A DNA stretch of 64,000 nucleotides from Syntrophales bacterium (GTDB lineage: Bacteria; Desulfobacterota; Syntrophia; Syntrophales; UBA4778). A program made the translations under genes and the position numbers. Positions 61,566-64,000 of this stretch are shown piece by piece. The stretch covers positions 14,273 through 78,272 of the forward strand of contig JAQTPK010000006.1 of the NCBI GenBank assembly GCA_028712885.1, in the 5' to 3' direction. The notes below the pieces were generated by a model that worked only from the letters and a program-made list of their open reading frames with translations, made no database searches and was not told the origin of the DNA. Numbering within the stretch: the stretch's first letter is position 1; each line of letters begins with the position of its first letter.

Positions 61566-61727
61566 AACACGCTCTCCTCTGGGGTAGAATAACGGAAGGT
61601 CCGGCCGGAGTGGATCGGGCGCTTCCTTATAATCACCCCTTCGTTATCCTGAAAGGCTCCGGGCGGGCCCGCGATATCGGCTTTCGGGGGGTTTACAGAT
61701 TGCTTTTGATTCCGGCATGCGGCTAAT

Positions 61728-63443
61728 ATGATGCTGATGAGATATCTTGCACTGGCATGCGATTATGACGGCACCCTCTCGGGCCCGACCGGAGTCGACG
61801 CGGCGGTCATCGACGCCCTGGAGCGCTTCCGCAATGCGGGCAAAAGCCTGATCCTGGTGACGGGCAGGGAACTGGAAGGCCTCCTCCGCGTTTTTCCGCA
61901 CATCAGGCTGTTCGATTGCGTCGTGGCCGAAAACGGTGCGCTCGTTTACAGGCCTGAAGGCAGGGAAATACGGATTCTGGGGAAAGCCCCTCCGGAAGAT
62001 TTTCTCTCGGACCTGAGGGCACGCGGGGTCCGGCCGCTCTCCGCCGGCCGCGTAATCGTCTCCACCCGCGAACCCCATGAGAAGGAAATTATTCAATCCA
62101 TTCGTGAGCTTGGTCTTGAGCTCCAGATCATCTTCAACAAAGGCGCGGTGATGGTCCTGCCCGCCGGCCTGAACAAGGCCGTCGGACTCCGCGCCGCCGT
62201 AAGAGAACTCGGCCTCTCGGTGCACAATACGGCGGGAATAGGGGATGCGGAAAACGATTTTTCTTTTCTGGATGACTGCGAGCTGTCCGTCGCCGTTTCA
62301 AGCGCTCTTCCCATGCTGAAGAGCAGGGTGGATTTCGTTACCCGGGGGGAAGCCGGAGAGGGTGTGATCGAAACAATAGATGCCCTGCTTTCAGCCGTTC
62401 CGGAAGACAAACTTCGTCCCGCTCCGGGCCGGCATGAAATCTCGATCGGGGTGAAAGCCGACGGCGCCAGGGTCTGCTTCGACCCATATGCGGCGAATAT
62501 CATGCTGGCCGGCACCTCGGGAAGCGGCAAATCGACGCTGGCCCTGAGCCTCATGGAACGTCTGATCGCCCGCGATTACCAGGTATGCGTGATCGATCCT
62601 GAAGGCGATTACGGCGAAGTTGCGGGAATGGTCCAGGCGGGCAGCGCCGCGGCGCCTCCCGACCTGAAACAGACTTTCACTCTCCTTGAGGAGCCCGATT
62701 ACAACGTTGTGATCAATCTCATGGCGCTGGAGCGGGAAGCGCGACCCGCATTCTTCGACGACCTTTTCTTCCGCCTGCTGGAACTGCGCAACAGAACCGG
62801 TCGTCCTCATTGGATCATAGCCGACGAGGCGCATCACCTGTTCCCCTCCGGCCGTCCGGGGTCCGGCTCGGGATTCCTCCGCAAGGCGTTCGGCGTCATG
62901 TGGATAACGGTTCACCCGGAGCACGTTTCGAAGCAGGTGCTTGCTTTGAACAACATGATAATCGCCGTCGGGGAAACCAGGGAAGGAACAATCCGGGCCT
63001 TCAGCAGGGCAGCCGGCGCGAAGGCTCCCGGAGAATTTCCGCTTCAGTCTGCGGAGGAAGCCCTGGTCTGGCGTCCCGGGGAAATCCATGCCTACTCATT
63101 CTGCCCGTACTCTCCGCGGGCGGAGCGCAGGAGGCACAGTAAAAAATATGCCGAGGGCGAGCTTCCCCCCGACAGGAGTTTTTATTTTACCGGCCCCGGA
63201 GGCAAGCTTAAGCTCAGGGCTCAAAACCTGTTTCTCTTTATTCAGACAGCGGAAGGGGTCGATAACGAAACCTGGGTTCACCATCTGCGCTCGGGAGACG
63301 TTTCCCGGTGGTTCCGGGAAAGCATCAAGGACGACGAACTCGCGGACGAGGCGCGCGAAATCGAGCAATCCGATCTCAATGCGCTTGTTTCCCGGGACCG
63401 GATAAGAAGGGCGATAGAAAGGAGGTATACGCTGCCGGCATAA
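61728..63443 (+). CDS. Fusion protein: HAD-IIB phosphatase (aa 1-~222) + HerA/DUF87-like P-loop ATPase (aa ~235-470) + C-terminal tail
   Basis: HAD motifs 'ACDYDGTL', 'LVTGR', 'GIGDAENDFSFL'. ATPase Walker A 'LAGTSGSGKST' (about nt 62508-62534) and Walker B 'HWIIADEAHHLF'. Confidence 0.75.
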   Translation: MMLMRYLALACDYDGTLSGPTGVDAAVIDALERFRNAGKSLILVTGRELEGLLRVFPHIRLFDCVVAENGALVYRPEGREIRILGKAPPEDFLSDLRARGVRPLSAGRVIVSTREPHEKEIIQSIRELGLELQIIFNKGAVMVLPAGLNKAVGLRAAVRELGLSVHNTAGIGDAENDFSFLDDCELSVAVSSALPMLKSRVDFVTRGEAGEGVIETIDALLSAVPEDKLRPAPGRHEISIGVKADGARVCFDPYAANIMLAGTSGSGKSTLALSLMERLIARDYQVCVIDPEGDYGEVAGMVQAGSAAAPPDLKQTFTLLEEPDYNVVINLMALEREARPAFFDDLFFRLLELRNRTGRPHWIIADEAHHLFPSGRPGSGSGFLRKAFGVMWITVHPEHVSKQVLALNNMIIAVGETREGTIRAFSRAAGAKAPGEFPLQSAEEALVWRPGEIHAYSFCPYSPRAERRRHSKKYAEGELPPDRSFYFTGPGGKLKLRAQNLFLFIQTAEGVDNETWVHHLRSGDVSRWFRESIKDDELADEAREIEQSDLNALVSRDRIRRAIERRYTLPA

Positions 63444-63452
63444 AATAATTCG

Positions 63453-63517
63453 CAGTTCACAGTTCGGGTTCCCCTTTCATCAACTTACCGATCAAGATCA
63501 GCTTAAACTGTGAACTG
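63453..63517. repeat. 12-bp inverted repeat ('cagttcacagtt'/'aactgtgaactg') with 41-nt spacer between convergent genes
   Basis: Read directly. Related 'gttcacagtt'/'gaactgtgac' words occur at about 32842 and 32932. May act as a terminator or a REP. Confidence 0.5.
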
Positions 63518-63541
63518 TTAACCGGGACCCGGGAGCTACGC

Positions 63542-64000
63542 TTACTTGCCGAGATATGCCTCCTTGACCCGCGGATCCGCATCGAGTTCACGGCCGGTCC
63601 CGGTAAGTACGATGCGCCCCGTCTCCAAAACGTAACCCCGCGATGCGGTCTGCAGCGCCATATGGGCGTTCTGCTCCACCAGAAGGATCGTCGTCCCTTC
63701 GCCGTTCAGCTCTCGCAATACCCTGAAAATATCCCGGACCAGCACCGGCGCAAGGCCCATGGACGGTTCGTCCAGAAGCAGGAGATTCCCCCGGCTCATC
63801 ATCGCACGTCCGAGCGCCAGCATCTGCTGTTCTCCGCCGGAAAGAGTCCCGCCGGGCTGTTCTTTTCTCTCGTTCAGCCGCGGGAACAGGGCCAGCACAC
63901 GATCGAGGTCCCGCCGGACGCCGTCGCCGTCCTTGCGCTGCCACGTCGCCAGCCGCAGGTTTTCGAGCACCGACAGGTTCCCGAATATGCCCCTCCCTTC
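63542..64000 (-). CDS. livF: Branched-chain amino acid ABC transporter ATP-binding protein (LivF-like), N-terminus beyond window
   Basis: 'TLSGGEQQMLALGRAMMSRGNLLLLDEPSMGLAP..TILLVEQNAHMAL..GRIVLTGTGRELDADPRVKEAYLG'. The frame stays open to nt 64000. Confidence 0.85.
   Translation of the reverse strand, partial: EGRGIFGNLSVLENLRLATWQRKDGDGVRRDLDRVLALFPRLNERKEQPGGTLSGGEQQMLALGRAMMSRGNLLLLDEPSMGLAPVLVRDIFRVLRELNGEGTTILLVEQNAHMALQTASRGYVLETGRIVLTGTGRELDADPRVKEAYLGK

Overview
GC-rich bacterial (probably metagenome-derived) segment. It is almost entirely coding and dominated by glycan metabolism. No rRNA, tRNA, CRISPR array, transposase or integrase was recognised.

Layout:
- 0-11.3 kb: a truncated HTH regulator, a GH57/glycogen-synthase fusion, a transglutaminase-like protein, a CorA-family channel, and an MlaE/ATPase-like/MlaD/TPR-lipoprotein operon whose 'ATPase' has lost its nucleotide motifs. 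A DUF2147-mtgA gene pair is bracketed by inverted ~120-bp repeats.
- 11.7-38.2 kb: a Wzx/Wzy-type exopolysaccharide locus. It carries two secreted beta-helix paralogues, an FN3-malectin protein, a flippase, a Wzy-like polymerase, 3 GT2 enzymes, and DUF354. An amino-sugar module (Gfo/Idh/MocA oxidoreductase, LbH N-acetyltransferase, DegT aminotransferase) is interrupted by a B12-radical-SAM enzyme, an ATP-grasp ligase, a membrane phosphatidylserine-decarboxylase-like protein and FemAB-like acyltransferases. The locus also has a priming sugar transferase and an OPX/PCP/BY-kinase-like/ExeA-like-LysM export module of the kind seen in PEP-CTERM-type EPS loci; no exosortase is in the window.
- 38.6-55.2 kb: a 16-gene, translationally coupled operon with no transporter, flippase or priming transferase. 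It encodes 2 SDR epimerases, a B12-rSAM, 2 GT4, four tandem CgeB-like GT paralogues, a nucleotidyltransferase, 2 methyltransferases, an apparently circularly permuted clan-GH-A hydrolase, a CelD-like GNAT, a histidine phosphatase, and a PRTase-like/kinase-like protein.
- 55.9-61.6 kb: a mannoside module (AKR, GH130, GT4, GH5-like, ManC).
- Right edge: a HAD-IIB/HerA-like ATPase fusion and a truncated livF.

Forty-three consecutive genes (14.3-61.6 kb) lie on the minus strand, many with ATGA-type stop/start overlaps.

Most interesting candidates:
- The priming transferase carries an N-terminal degenerate GGDEF domain that retains an RxxD I-site.
- The export-less 16-gene glycan operon.
- The permuted TIM-barrel hydrolase.
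- The PSD-like/ATP-grasp pair inside the sugar pathway.

All functional calls come from motif recognition by eye; no searches were run.
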